Assembly (NCBI GenBank): GCA_016717725.1
Contig: JADKFA010000008.1
Span: 114,118-178,117, forward strand
Direction of reading: 5' to 3'
Source: Bacteroidota bacterium
GTDB taxonomy: Bacteria; Bacteroidota; Bacteroidia; AKYH767-A; OLB10
DNA length: 64,000 bases
Every line of letters begins with the position of its first letter. The stretch's first letter is position 1. The position numbers were made by a program, and so were the translations under genes. Of the stretch, positions 9,298 through 18,842 are shown piece by piece. The notes beneath the pieces are model-generated. The model had not been told where the DNA came from, did no database searches, and saw nothing but the letters and a program-made list of their open reading frames with translations.

Positions 9298-10866
9298 CTT
9301 CACCCACTTACTAGTGCTAAAATACCCATCACTTTCAATTCGCACTTGATATACGCCCCCAGCCCAATTTGAAGTTGGTATATGTTGCATGGCTGACCAT
9401 GGAGGAAGAGATTGTTTGTGCATCAAACGACCTTGCAAATCATAAACACTCAAGATCCCATTTTTATTTTGAGGAAGCAAGTATAATATTTCAAAACCTG
9501 CGCTACCCGGATTGGGCGATAACTTTATGCTGAAATCATGTTTTCCATTTTCGTTTAAGCCAGTACTTACCAAACAAGGACAGCCTAAGGTGGTATCGCA
9601 GCCAAGGTAGTAATTTGGGTGATAGACATGACCACGTATAGAATAGCAAGGCAAACGAATTGAATGTTGCATAATGTCACACGCAACTCCATCGCTATCT
9701 GGATAATTAATATAATGCAAATCAATAACACTACTTCCTGAAGAAATATATATTTTACCATTTGCAGCTAAAGTCATTAGCCAAAAATCAGATTGAAGCG
9801 GTGGATATGGCGAATAATAACCATCATTGATAGCCACTGTATCCAAACTGGCAGCTATGTTAGATGTATCAATATTAAATTGGACAATTTTTCTAGTTGA
9901 TGATATATAGAGCTTTTTTGAATCTGGTGAAAAGCATAGCCCTAACCCGGGATTCGGATCTGTAAATGTTAATTGAATACTATTTGAAAACAATCCTGAA
10001 CAACGATCGAAGTCTGCAATCCTAGTATAATAGTTAAATGCACCGAAATTTCCTAAGTAATAACTATAGGCAAACTTTCGTCCATCAGGTGAGAAATTCA
10101 TTTGGCCAATAAAGTTTATGGCAGCTGGCGAGAATCCAAGTGAATAACCTACTGGTGCAGAAAACCCAGAAGGTGAAAGCAAATTAACATAAACAATGTC
10201 TGAACTGTCTTTCATTGTTAGCACCCACCAATCGCGACCATTGGCATGTTTACATACAGACATGCCAGGATTAAGACCCATCGAAAATACCAATTGATTC
10301 TTTTGCCCAGTAACAACCCCACCGAGTCCATTATTGAGGGTTTTATCAACAAGAGTGAAATAAAGGCCACTTGATTTATAGTTTGATGAACTAGTGCCTG
10401 ACTGATGCAATAAATACACTAAATTAGAATCAATAGGATGGGGCACAAAAATCGAGGTATGGGCCATTGGAATACCTGAAATTGCATCGCACCAATTTAC
10501 AGAAAAACTATTTTGTAGTAATCCACCCCCATTTAACATAGTATCTCCAGTGGCATCGGCAATCCAGCATCCATTAGTTACCATATTTAAATTGCCCAGT
10601 TCATCAGATAAGGTACTTTGTGCGGCCCTAAAAGGCATTTTAAAATTTGAAGGATCGAGTGAATACCCCAAGCTATCGAATTGGAAAACTGCTTTAGTTG
10701 AAACGACATTCGTATCAAATAAACCAACATCATATCCTAAAAGCCAATGAGAATTCATTCCTTGAGAGTAGCTATAATTAGACCCCAAATTAAACAACAA
10801 AATAATTAGAATAACTGTGTATTTTAGCTTTTGCATTATCGAATCACAATATGGTTTTGCTTTCAC
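9292..10866 (-). CDS. Secreted protein with a T9SS (Por) C-terminal sorting domain; function unknown
   Basis: N-terminal signal peptide. The C-terminal ~80 aa (LSPNPGSAGFEILYL...GILSVYDLQGRLMHK...GGVYQVRIESDG...KWVKF) fits the T9SS type-A CTD. Confidence 0.6.
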   Translation of the reverse strand: MKAKPYCDSIMQKLKYTVILIILLFNLGSNYSYSQGMNSHWLLGYDVGLFDTNVVSTKAVFQFDSLGYSLDPSNFKMPFRAAQSTLSDELGNLNMVTNGCWIADATGDTMLNGGGLLQNSFSVNWCDAISGIPMAHTSIFVPHPIDSNLVYLLHQSGTSSSNYKSSGLYFTLVDKTLNNGLGGVVTGQKNQLVFSMGLNPGMSVCKHANGRDWWVLTMKDSSDIVYVNLLSPSGFSAPVGYSLGFSPAAINFIGQMNFSPDGRKFAYSYYLGNFGAFNYYTRIADFDRCSGLFSNSIQLTFTDPNPGLGLCFSPDSKKLYISSTRKIVQFNIDTSNIAASLDTVAINDGYYSPYPPLQSDFWLMTLAANGKIYISSGSSVIDLHYINYPDSDGVACDIMQHSIRLPCYSIRGHVYHPNYYLGCDTTLGCPCLVSTGLNENGKHDFSIKLSPNPGSAGFEILYLLPQNKNGILSVYDLQGRLMHKQSLPPWSAMQHIPTSNWAGGVYQVRIESDGYFSTSKWVKF

Positions 10867-10872
10867 AAGCTA

Positions 10873-10912
10873 TCCATTTTCAAATTTTCAAATTAATCCA
10901 TTTTCAAATTAA
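10873..10912. repeat. Post-stop tandem element, copy B; abuts the TGA stop of the aminopeptidase gene
   Basis: Direct repeat of copy A. Confidence 0.7.
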
Positions 10913-12277
10913 TCACTCTGCCATCATCTTCTCCAACTCCTCAATACTCCTCGGAAGACTGATCGTCATGATCACAGGATCGGTATCGGTAACGAGAATA
11001 TCGTCTTCGATGCGCACTCCTATGCCCCACCATTTGGGATCGCAGTTACTACCTTGATTGATATAGATGCCGGGCTCAACGGTCATCACTACTCCGGGAA
11101 GTAAGGATTGGTAAGTTCCTGCATCGTGCACATCTAATCCTAGATAATGAGAGGTGCCATGCATGAAATAATTTTTTGCTTCTGATTCTTTTTTGATGAT
11201 GCCTAAATCGACGAGTCCTTTTGCAATAATATCATAAGCCGCGTTGTGAGCGGCTCTGAAATCATTTCCTTTTCTGCATTTTTCGATGCCCGCATTTTGA
11301 GCTTGCAAGACCAAATTATAAATGGTCTTTTCTTCCGTTGAAAAATTTCCATCGACAGGAATCGTACGAGTAATATCAGCTGTGTAACCGTGATACTCTG
11401 CGCCCATATCGACCAAGAACATATCTTTTGCTTCTAAATTTTTTCGATTATAAGTATAATGCAAAACACAGGCATTACTTCCTCCGCCGCAAATGGAAGG
11501 ATAGCCCATGTATTCGGATCCGCCTTTTTTGGAATAATATTCAATGATGGCTTGTGCTTCGTATTCACTCATACCCGGCTCGAGTTGTTTGATCATCGCT
11601 TTGAAACCATCGATGGTAATGTCCATCGCGGTTTGCATCAAACCAATTTCTTCCTTGGTTTTTATTTCACGTAATGAATTCATCATGGATTTTAATCCTG
11701 ATTCATTTACTACTACTTTCGATTTCTTGGTTGCCTCTTGAAAATAATCTACCAAATCGCCTAACTCCGCATTCGCCAATGGAGAATGATTCGGTTGATT
11801 AGGATAGATGACCATGACTTCGTTTAGTGTACTCCAATTCAATCCAAATTCTTTTAAGTCGATGCCTTTGTAAACACTATTAAAACCTAACATTTGCTTG
11901 GCTCCATCTACACCTAATCGTTTGCCTGTCCAAATTTCACTGGATGGATTTCGATCTTGCACAAATAATATTTCATTGGTAGAAACGCCATCAAAAACGC
12001 GTGGCTCTTTTAAAATGATGAGTGCTGCATTGGGTTCTAAATATCCAGTGAGGTAATAAAAATTTGGATTTTGACTGAATTGATAATCGACGTCGTTGCT
12101 GCGATTACGAACGGGATTAGCAAAAAATACAGCAGCAGATTTTTCGGGCATCAGCGCTCTTAAGGCATCTCTTTTTTGCTGATGGAATTCTTTCGGAAGA
12201 CGATCGGTATCGTCCCATTGTGCTAGAGCTCCGAAGCTCAATAGCAGGAAAAAGAAAACCGGTAAACTATATCTCAT
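10913..12277 (-). CDS. Xaa-Pro aminopeptidase (M24B, PepP-like) with a signal peptide
   Basis: AMP_N-type N-terminus, M24 core with HGTSHYLGLDVHD, signal peptide MRYSLPVFFFLLLSFGALAQ. Confidence 0.8.
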   Translation of the reverse strand: MRYSLPVFFFLLLSFGALAQWDDTDRLPKEFHQQKRDALRALMPEKSAAVFFANPVRNRSNDVDYQFSQNPNFYYLTGYLEPNAALIILKEPRVFDGVSTNEILFVQDRNPSSEIWTGKRLGVDGAKQMLGFNSVYKGIDLKEFGLNWSTLNEVMVIYPNQPNHSPLANAELGDLVDYFQEATKKSKVVVNESGLKSMMNSLREIKTKEEIGLMQTAMDITIDGFKAMIKQLEPGMSEYEAQAIIEYYSKKGGSEYMGYPSICGGGSNACVLHYTYNRKNLEAKDMFLVDMGAEYHGYTADITRTIPVDGNFSTEEKTIYNLVLQAQNAGIEKCRKGNDFRAAHNAAYDIIAKGLVDLGIIKKESEAKNYFMHGTSHYLGLDVHDAGTYQSLLPGVVMTVEPGIYINQGSNCDPKWWGIGVRIEDDILVTDTDPVIMTISLPRSIEELEKMMAE

Positions 12278-12329
12278 GCTTCAAATTTAGCACGATACAG
12301 TTTACCGGAAGGTATCTTGGAGGGATTTT

Positions 12330-12563
12330 TTACAATCCGCCTTTTACAATGGCACGAGTGATCGCTTCAGTAATACCGATCTTATCGATGGTTTTTAAAG
12401 CTGATGTACTCACTTTTAATGTGATCCACTCACCTGTTTCTGGCATAAAGAAACGCTTCGTGTGCAAGTTCGGATGGAACTTACGACGCGTTTTCGCATT
12501 AGAGTGACTAACGTTGTTTCCTGAGATGGAGTGTTTTCCTGTAAGATCGCAAATCTTCGACAT
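12330..12563 (-). CDS. rpmB: 50S ribosomal protein L28
   Basis: MSKICDLTGKHSISGNNVSHSNAKTRRKFHPNL... matches the L28 consensus. Confidence 0.85.
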   Translation of the reverse strand: MSKICDLTGKHSISGNNVSHSNAKTRRKFHPNLHTKRFFMPETGEWITLKVSTSALKTIDKIGITEAITRAIVKGGL

Positions 12564-12580
12564 AACTATTCGTATTGGGA

Positions 12581-12593
12581 GGGCAAAGATACA
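12581..12593 (-). promoter_or_regulatory. -7 promoter element TATCTTTG, ~35 nt upstream of the rpmB ATG
   Basis: Minus-strand sequence is ATGTATCTTTGCCCTCCC. Confidence 0.4.
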
Positions 12594-12607
12594 TAAAATT
12601 CTAAGGA

Positions 12608-13864
12608 TTACAAGTCGGAAGCAATAATTGCTTTTCGAAGCATATTTAATGCTGTTTCTGATGCTACTTGTATGGTTCTTAGTCGATTATCGCCCAATAA
12701 AACTTTCTTCGCAAATACTTTTCCTGGCAAAGCGACGCCAATCCACACCGTTCCGACGGGCTTACCAGGCAAACCACCACCCGGACCAGCGATTCCTGAA
12801 GTGGCCACAGCGCAATCCGTTTTCATGATTCTTTTTACATTTTCGACCATCGCGATAACCACCTCTTCACTAACCGCTCCATGTTCCAACATCAACGATT
12901 CGGAGATCCCTAAAATTTCTGTTTTGCTTTGGTATGAATAGGTCACGGTAGAACCCATGTACCAGGATGAGGACCCGGGAACGGAGGTAAGTTGATGGGC
13001 GATGTATCCTCCAGTACAACTTTCGGCAGTAGCTATAGTTAGTTTTTTCTCGGCTAATAATCTTCCCAATACTTCTTGGATGGTCTCTTCATCGAAACCA
13101 AATCGGTAATCGGCAACACGTTGATCCAAATCAGCAACGAGTCGACCCATTTCCACTCTGATCTCATCTTCATTCACACCGGTTGCACTTAAACGCAAAC
13201 GCACCATTCCGGCACCGGGCAAATAAGCCAGTTTTATATGCTTCGGTAAATTGTCTTCAAACTCTTCAATCATTTCAGCCAACATGCTCTCTCCTATTCC
13301 TTGCGTAAGAATAGAACGGTGCAATATAAATGGGGCTTTAAATCGAGTTTTGAGTCGGGGAAGTACATGTGTAGACATTAAATATTTCATCTCATGTGGA
13401 ACCCCAGGCATCGATACATAAATCACATTATTCTCATCGAACAACATTCCAGGAGCGGTGCCTACTTCATTACGAAGCGGAATACAATTCGCCACAATTT
13501 CTGCTTGCTTCCTATTCACGGGAGAAACCTCACGACCTCGAATCTTAAACAAGCGTTCCACATCAACATATACATCGGAATTAAAAACCAATGGCGCATT
13601 GAAATATTCGCTGAGTGTCACCTTGGTTACATCATCCTTGGTTGGACCTAATCCACCTGTGATCAATACCACCGATGCCCGTTGAGAAGCTTCCTTGAGT
13701 GCTAACAAAATATGCTCGCGCGAATCGGAAACTGAGGTGATTTGATGCACTTGAATTCCAATATCACTCAACTGCTTTCCCATCCAAGCTGAGTTAGTAT
13801 CAACTATTTGTCCGATGAGAATTTCATCACCGATTGTTATTATTTCTGCTCGTACTGTCGACAT
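12608..13864 (-). CDS. cinA: Competence/damage-inducible protein CinA (MoCF-binding N-domain plus CinA C-domain)
   Basis: Start taken at the internal Met, since ITIGDEILIGQIVDTNSAWMGKQL is the typical CinA N-terminus. C-terminal CinA domain present. Confidence 0.85.
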   Translation of the reverse strand: MSTVRAEIITIGDEILIGQIVDTNSAWMGKQLSDIGIQVHQITSVSDSREHILLALKEASQRASVVLITGGLGPTKDDVTKVTLSEYFNAPLVFNSDVYVDVERLFKIRGREVSPVNRKQAEIVANCIPLRNEVGTAPGMLFDENNVIYVSMPGVPHEMKYLMSTHVLPRLKTRFKAPFILHRSILTQGIGESMLAEMIEEFEDNLPKHIKLAYLPGAGMVRLRLSATGVNEDEIRVEMGRLVADLDQRVADYRFGFDEETIQEVLGRLLAEKKLTIATAESCTGGYIAHQLTSVPGSSSWYMGSTVTYSYQSKTEILGISESLMLEHGAVSEEVVIAMVENVKRIMKTDCAVATSGIAGPGGGLPGKPVGTVWIGVALPGKVFAKKVLLGDNRLRTIQVASETALNMLRKAIIASDL

Positions 13865-14053
13865 CTTTATATCACTAAAAATATTTAAAGCAAAAGTAAA
13901 CAATGTAACTATCTTACCGATGTATTTAGTACAATAAACATCAGAACAATAGAATCCCATTCATTTCAAATGATGAAGAGAACATGACATCAAATTTTTT
14001 AATTAATCAATTGGCAGTATATTTGAATCGTGGCGACAAAAAAAATTATACTT

Positions 14054-14779
14054 ATGAAAAAAATACTCCTGCTCCTTTTTCTAATCTCGAGCGCCTCCTG
14101 CAAAAGCCAAATTAATGTCAACAACGTACTTAATTCGGTAAACAATGCTGTAAATGGTAATTTAGGAAATGGTCTTTCCAACGCTGACATCACAGCAGGA
14201 CTCAAAGAAGCATTAAACGTAGGTACCAAAAATGCAAGTTCACAAGTTTCTCGGGTAGATGGATTTTATAAAAATAATTTGATTCGCATTCCATTTCCCA
14301 GTGATGCCCGCGACATGAAAACCACGCTCGAAAGAATGGGGATGAAAAAGCAAGTCGCCAGCTTTGAAAAACAATTGAACAGAGCCGCTGAAGATGCAGC
14401 AAAAAAAGCAGCTCCCATTTTTATAGCTGCCATCACCTCCATGACCATCAACGATGGACTTACCATTTTAAAAGGAAAAGACGACGAAGCTACCCAATAT
14501 TTACGCAGAGCAACCACGGCTCAACTTGTAAAAGAATTCAGACCCATCATTGCAGCGTCAATGAAAAAAGTTAATGTAACGAAGTATTGGAATCCACTTT
14601 TTAGCACATACAATAAAGTTCCACTCGTGAAAAAAGTAAATCCCAATTTAGATGATTTTGTCACGCAAAAAGCTATTGAAGGATTGTTCATCATGGTTGC
14701 TGGAGAAGAATTGAAAATCAGAAAAGATCCGGAAGCGAGAATTACTGAAATTTTGAAAAAGGTTTTTGGCGGCGGTTGA
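14054..14779 (+). CDS. Hypothetical lipoprotein, DUF4197-like
   Basis: Lipoprotein-type signal MKKILLLLFLISSASC; helical, Lys/Ala-rich body. Family assignment is tentative. Confidence 0.4.
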   Translation: MKKILLLLFLISSASCKSQINVNNVLNSVNNAVNGNLGNGLSNADITAGLKEALNVGTKNASSQVSRVDGFYKNNLIRIPFPSDARDMKTTLERMGMKKQVASFEKQLNRAAEDAAKKAAPIFIAAITSMTINDGLTILKGKDDEATQYLRRATTAQLVKEFRPIIAASMKKVNVTKYWNPLFSTYNKVPLVKKVNPNLDDFVTQKAIEGLFIMVAGEELKIRKDPEARITEILKKVFGGG

Positions 14780-14822
14780 TAATTTGAAAATGGTTTAATT
14801 TGAAGATTTGAAAATGGAAGAT
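14780..14822. repeat. Post-stop tandem element, copy C (inverted relative to A/B); starts 1 nt after the TGA of gene 14054..14779
   Basis: TAATTTGAAAATGGTTTAATTTGAAGATTTGAAAATGG differs from copies A/B at 2 positions. Confidence 0.7.
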
Positions 14823-14927
14823 TTGGATTTGCATTGTGATTAAAATTGACTAAAAATTAAATCATTAAAAATCATAATCATCATAATAAATCAGTGTGCC
14901 ATCAAAGCATAGATAAAAGCGAGAATT

Positions 14928-16508
14928 TTACTCTTCCCCAATCCACAAAAACACATCGGCTTTTGTTAGTGGTTGTAGGTGACCTTTCCATTTAAAATCT
15001 TTAAGTCGCATTTGAGCGGGATCGGTTTCTTTGACTGGAAAAAGGGTGGCGTCGGCTTTATTGATGAGTGAAATTTTACTGACTTTATTTTCTTTGATGC
15101 GAATAAGCATATTACTACAATCGGCTTGGTTTACGCCTGTAATTTGTTGCTTTTTGTTGCGGATGTAATAAATGGATTGTCCATTCCCCGTCACATCGAT
15201 GGAGCTTAATTTACTGTCCACAAAATATCCAATCATTTCCCGTCCTTTAATTTGATTGTAACGCAAGGAATCTTCGATGCCTGCAATAAATGAATTCGAA
15301 TATAAATTCATTCTCTTGATTTCATTCCCTACTAACAACAAAGAAATTTTATCGGCCGTAAGTTGATTGTTACTGCTCCACAAAATAGGATTCGTATAAA
15401 ACCAAATCGTTGAGTCAACAGAACTATAAACTAATGAATCACATTGTCCTTGCAAATCGGATTTAAAAATGCGAACATGATGGTAGGCGAAGTATGTTTT
15501 TTGCTCCGTAGCGGTATCTTGCTTTGCATATAGCGTATCAGCATGCAAGTAAAGCGAGTCCACTTCAAAAGCTTTTGTGAGCAAACCATTTCCAGTCACA
15601 AAAGAGATGCCTGTGATTTCATTAAGCCAAGCATAATCGCCGCTAATGATTATTTTTTGGTTGGTATCGACAAGCTGGACATTATTATAAGCGATTCCAA
15701 TTTTTTCAATACGATCATACAGTATGCTATCTCCACTCAATCTATTTTCCTTCGATTCAATATATGCATTTTTACTGAATCTGGATTTTTCGGTTTTAGT
15801 ATTATACCATCCATTCTCACAATAAATATGAGCGCTATCGGTTCCTGTACTGTATATATGCGAGGGACCAAAGAAATAAGTTGTAGAAGATGGTGTATGA
15901 TATTTTAACGTATCGCTAAACATTTTGTATTTAGGATTAGTAAGCACAACGCTGTCTTTAAAAAACACCATTCGATCTTTCGAATAATAATATCCTTTTT
16001 TACTAGTGAGCACATTGTCTTTATCAACAACCTTCCCTCCTACTTGATAGTTGCCAATATCGTTTTCAATATCATATTGCATAGCGGTGGTGGTCAAATC
16101 CATCTTTCCATCCGTCATACGAACAACTTTTCCAGAAATATCAGCATACTTACTATTCCCATCATAATGTACAAAGTCGCCATACAATTTCGCACTTGGA
16201 CCTTCGATACGAATCGTACCATAGGCATCAATACTATTCGTACTCTCATAAAACAAAGCACTGTCGCAATACATAAATGTACTTTCTTGCTTGAAGATAA
16301 CATCACCTACTAGTCGGCGCACTTCGATGCCATTTATTTTTACTCCTTCTAAACTACCTGCTTGAACAATTTCAATTTGCTTTGATTGTTGTGCAACTGA
16401 TGGATTACTATTCCATCCAAAAACCAATAAAAACAAAAATAGTTTGCCGTTAAATTTTCGATGCAGCAAATTATTTTTTTTCATGATGTCAAGAGAATTA
16501 TTCAACAA
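14928..16508 (-). CDS. OstA-like (LptA/LptD N-terminal-domain) protein
   Basis: Signal peptide followed by an OstA-like N-domain pattern (GDVIFKQESTFMYCDSALFYESTNSIDAYGTIRIEGP...). Confidence 0.5.
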   Translation of the reverse strand: MLNNSLDIMKKNNLLHRKFNGKLFLFLLVFGWNSNPSVAQQSKQIEIVQAGSLEGVKINGIEVRRLVGDVIFKQESTFMYCDSALFYESTNSIDAYGTIRIEGPSAKLYGDFVHYDGNSKYADISGKVVRMTDGKMDLTTTAMQYDIENDIGNYQVGGKVVDKDNVLTSKKGYYYSKDRMVFFKDSVVLTNPKYKMFSDTLKYHTPSSTTYFFGPSHIYSTGTDSAHIYCENGWYNTKTEKSRFSKNAYIESKENRLSGDSILYDRIEKIGIAYNNVQLVDTNQKIIISGDYAWLNEITGISFVTGNGLLTKAFEVDSLYLHADTLYAKQDTATEQKTYFAYHHVRIFKSDLQGQCDSLVYSSVDSTIWFYTNPILWSSNNQLTADKISLLLVGNEIKRMNLYSNSFIAGIEDSLRYNQIKGREMIGYFVDSKLSSIDVTGNGQSIYYIRNKKQQITGVNQADCSNMLIRIKENKVSKISLINKADATLFPVKETDPAQMRLKDFKWKGHLQPLTKADVFLWIGEE

Positions 16509-16584
16509 GGGAAGTGTATTCTATTTAGGATGACTCAAAATTTAGAGATGAAATAGCACTCATCAATTGAATCCATCCATCTCA

Positions 16585-16607
16585 TCGAGAAGCCTCGCGA
16601 CCAACAT
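16585..16607. repeat. TCGAGAAGCCTCGCGA-CCAACAT motif; an inverted copy of the GATGTTGGTCGCGAGGCTTCGCGA motif that occurs three times upstream of relA
   Basis: A 20/21-nt match to 21200-21224 and 21255-21279 on the opposite strand. Lies between the purA stop and the OstA-like gene start. Confidence 0.6.
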
Positions 16608-16618
16608 TTGTTTACTAA

Positions 16619-17899
16619 TTAAAAAGCAACTTCTTTACGCATCAACGTTTGCTTACGATCTGGGCCAACAGAAATAATGGTGATTGGAAGTCCTGTAGCT
16701 TGCTCTATATAATCCACATACTGCATCAACGCAGCAGGGAGTTGATCGAAATCACTCACTTTCATCAAGTCTTCTTTCCATCCTGGAAGTTCATCATAGA
16801 TTGGATCAATCTTTTCGTTGACTACATCATACGGAACATGTTCGATCTTTTTCCCTTTGTACATATAGTGTGTACAAACTTTAATAGTATCAAATCCACT
16901 CAAAACATCCGACTTCATCATGATCAATTGCGTAACACCATTTAACATGATGGCATACTTTAACGCTGGCAAATCCAACCATCCACAACGACGTGGACGA
17001 CCCGTAGTAGAACCAAATTCATTACCGTTCTTACGCAATGTTTCACCAGTAGAATCTTCCAATTCCGTTGGAAAAGGTCCGCTACCCACACGTGTACAAT
17101 ATGCTTTAAAGATTCCGTACACCTCACCAATTTTACCGGGAGCTAATCCCAGACCAATACATGTTCCAGCAGTAACTGTATGCGAAGAAGTAACAAAAGG
17201 GTATGAACCAAAATCAATATCCAACAATGAACCTTGAGCACCTTCTGCTAAGATGGCTTTATTATTTGCCAAATAACTATTGAGTACATATTCACTATCG
17301 ATCAATGTTAATTGTTTGATAGCTTCCACCCCTTCAAAAAATGCAGGCTCCAATTCACTTAAATTATATTCATAATTATAATGACCTAACAATTCCTTGT
17401 GCTTAGCCACCAAAGTTGCATACAAAGATTTAAAATCGGCATGTTCCAAATCACCAATACGCAAACCGTTTCTTCCGGTTTTATCCATGTAAGTAGGACC
17501 AATTCCTTTTAATGTAGATCCGATTTTTGCTGTACCTTTTGATGCTTCAGAAGCAGCATCGAGCAAACGATGCGTTGGTAGAATTAGATGAGCCTTACGA
17601 GAGATGAATAAATTCTTCTTTACATCCACTCCTAAATTCAGCAAAGCATCAATTTCTTTTTTAAAAACAACAGGATCAATCACCACACCATTGCCAATCA
17701 CATTCGCTTTGGTAGAATGAAATATTCCTGATGGAATAGTGTGCAATACATGTTTTATTCCTTCGAATTCCAAGGTATGACCAGCATTGGGTCCACCCTG
17801 AAATCGTGCAATAACATCATAACGTGGAGTGAGCACATCCACAACTTTTCCCTTACCCTCGTCGCCCCATTGTAGGCCTAGCAATACATCCGCTTTCAT
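16619..17899 (-). CDS. purA: Adenylosuccinate synthetase
   Basis: LLGLQWGDEGKGKVVD P-loop and full-length PurA signature; start taken at MKADV. Confidence 0.9.
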   Translation of the reverse strand: MKADVLLGLQWGDEGKGKVVDVLTPRYDVIARFQGGPNAGHTLEFEGIKHVLHTIPSGIFHSTKANVIGNGVVIDPVVFKKEIDALLNLGVDVKKNLFISRKAHLILPTHRLLDAASEASKGTAKIGSTLKGIGPTYMDKTGRNGLRIGDLEHADFKSLYATLVAKHKELLGHYNYEYNLSELEPAFFEGVEAIKQLTLIDSEYVLNSYLANNKAILAEGAQGSLLDIDFGSYPFVTSSHTVTAGTCIGLGLAPGKIGEVYGIFKAYCTRVGSGPFPTELEDSTGETLRKNGNEFGSTTGRPRRCGWLDLPALKYAIMLNGVTQLIMMKSDVLSGFDTIKVCTHYMYKGKKIEHVPYDVVNEKIDPIYDELPGWKEDLMKVSDFDQLPAALMQYVDYIEQATGLPITIISVGPDRKQTLMRKEVAF

Positions 17900-17957
17900 A
17901 GTACTAAAAATAAAAGGTGTTAACTTCAACGAGAAGCACACCTACGATTATTAAATT

Positions 17958-18305
17958 TTAATTATTCAATGCTTTCACTGCCAACTCTTCATTGTCGACA
18001 ACAGAGAACACATTTATCAACTTAGTTATTATCAAAAGTGTTTTAATTTTTTCAGGAACCGTGCAGATCACAGCTTCTCCTCCCGACTTACGAGCTTTCG
18101 CCAAAATACCTAGCAACACATTTAGACCTGTGCTGTTCATGTATTTGAAATCGGAAAGATTAATTATGAAATTCGATCCATCTTTTTCGGAGATATGATT
18201 TATATCCTCCATTAATTCATTTGCTTGATTCTTTTCAATCAGATTACCTTTCAGGCTGATGAGCGAGTAGGATTCTTTGTCAGTGATTTTATATTCGAAG
18301 TCCAT
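17958..18305 (-). CDS. STAS-domain protein (anti-sigma-factor antagonist, SpoIIAA-like)
   Basis: 115 aa with a STAS fold pattern (DFKYMNSTGLNVLLGILAKARKSGGEAVICTV). Confidence 0.7.
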   Translation of the reverse strand: MDFEYKITDKESYSLISLKGNLIEKNQANELMEDINHISEKDGSNFIINLSDFKYMNSTGLNVLLGILAKARKSGGEAVICTVPEKIKTLLIITKLINVFSVVDNEELAVKALNN

Positions 18306-18323
18306 ATTATGTTTTATTAAAAA

Positions 18324-18842
18324 TCAGGTCAAAGTTACCTGTTTTTTCTTTGTTTGATGCTCACATTTCTTATTCTCCAAAAGCTTTCTACACTTACCAA
18401 ACAGATTTAAACTATGGTGAGTCACTTGAAAATCAAGGATATCCCCCATCATCGTCTGAATTTGTTGAATACGTGGGTCACAAAACTCTAAAACTTTATC
18501 GCAATCGAGGCAGATGAGATGGTCGTGCTGCTTGTAGGTGTACGACTTTTCGAAGAGCGCAAGGTTTTTTCCAAACTGGTGTTTTGTAACTAAATCACAA
18601 ACTAAAAGATGATCGATTGTATTGTACAACGTAGCACGACTCACCACAAATTTTTTAGCTTTCATCTGCAAGAAAAGAGAATCAATATCGAAATGTTCAT
18701 CCATCGAATAAATTTCGCGCAAAATCGTAAAGCGTTCTGGAGTTTTTCTTAATCCTTCGCGCTCTAGGTAATCAGTAAATACTTTTTGCACTTTCGCAAA
18801 AATTTCATCTTGAGCGGATATGGCTTTGGTTGATTTACTCAT
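18324..18842 (-). CDS. Fur family transcriptional regulator (Fur/Zur/PerR)
   Basis: Winged-helix N-domain and a C-terminal metal site [17 protein letters not shown]. Overlaps relA by 4 nt. Confidence 0.75.
   Translation of the reverse strand: MSKSTKAISAQDEIFAKVQKVFTDYLEREGLRKTPERFTILREIYSMDEHFDIDSLFLQMKAKKFVVSRATLYNTIDHLLVCDLVTKHQFGKNLALFEKSYTYKQHDHLICLDCDKVLEFCDPRIQQIQTMMGDILDFQVTHHSLNLFGKCRKLLENKKCEHQTKKKQVTLT

Noticed and set aside
17958-18305. STAS anti-sigma antagonist as a partner-switching module
   Set aside because: No anti-sigma kinase (HATPase), PP2C phosphatase or target sigma factor is encoded nearby. It is an orphan STAS protein and not enough to call a system.
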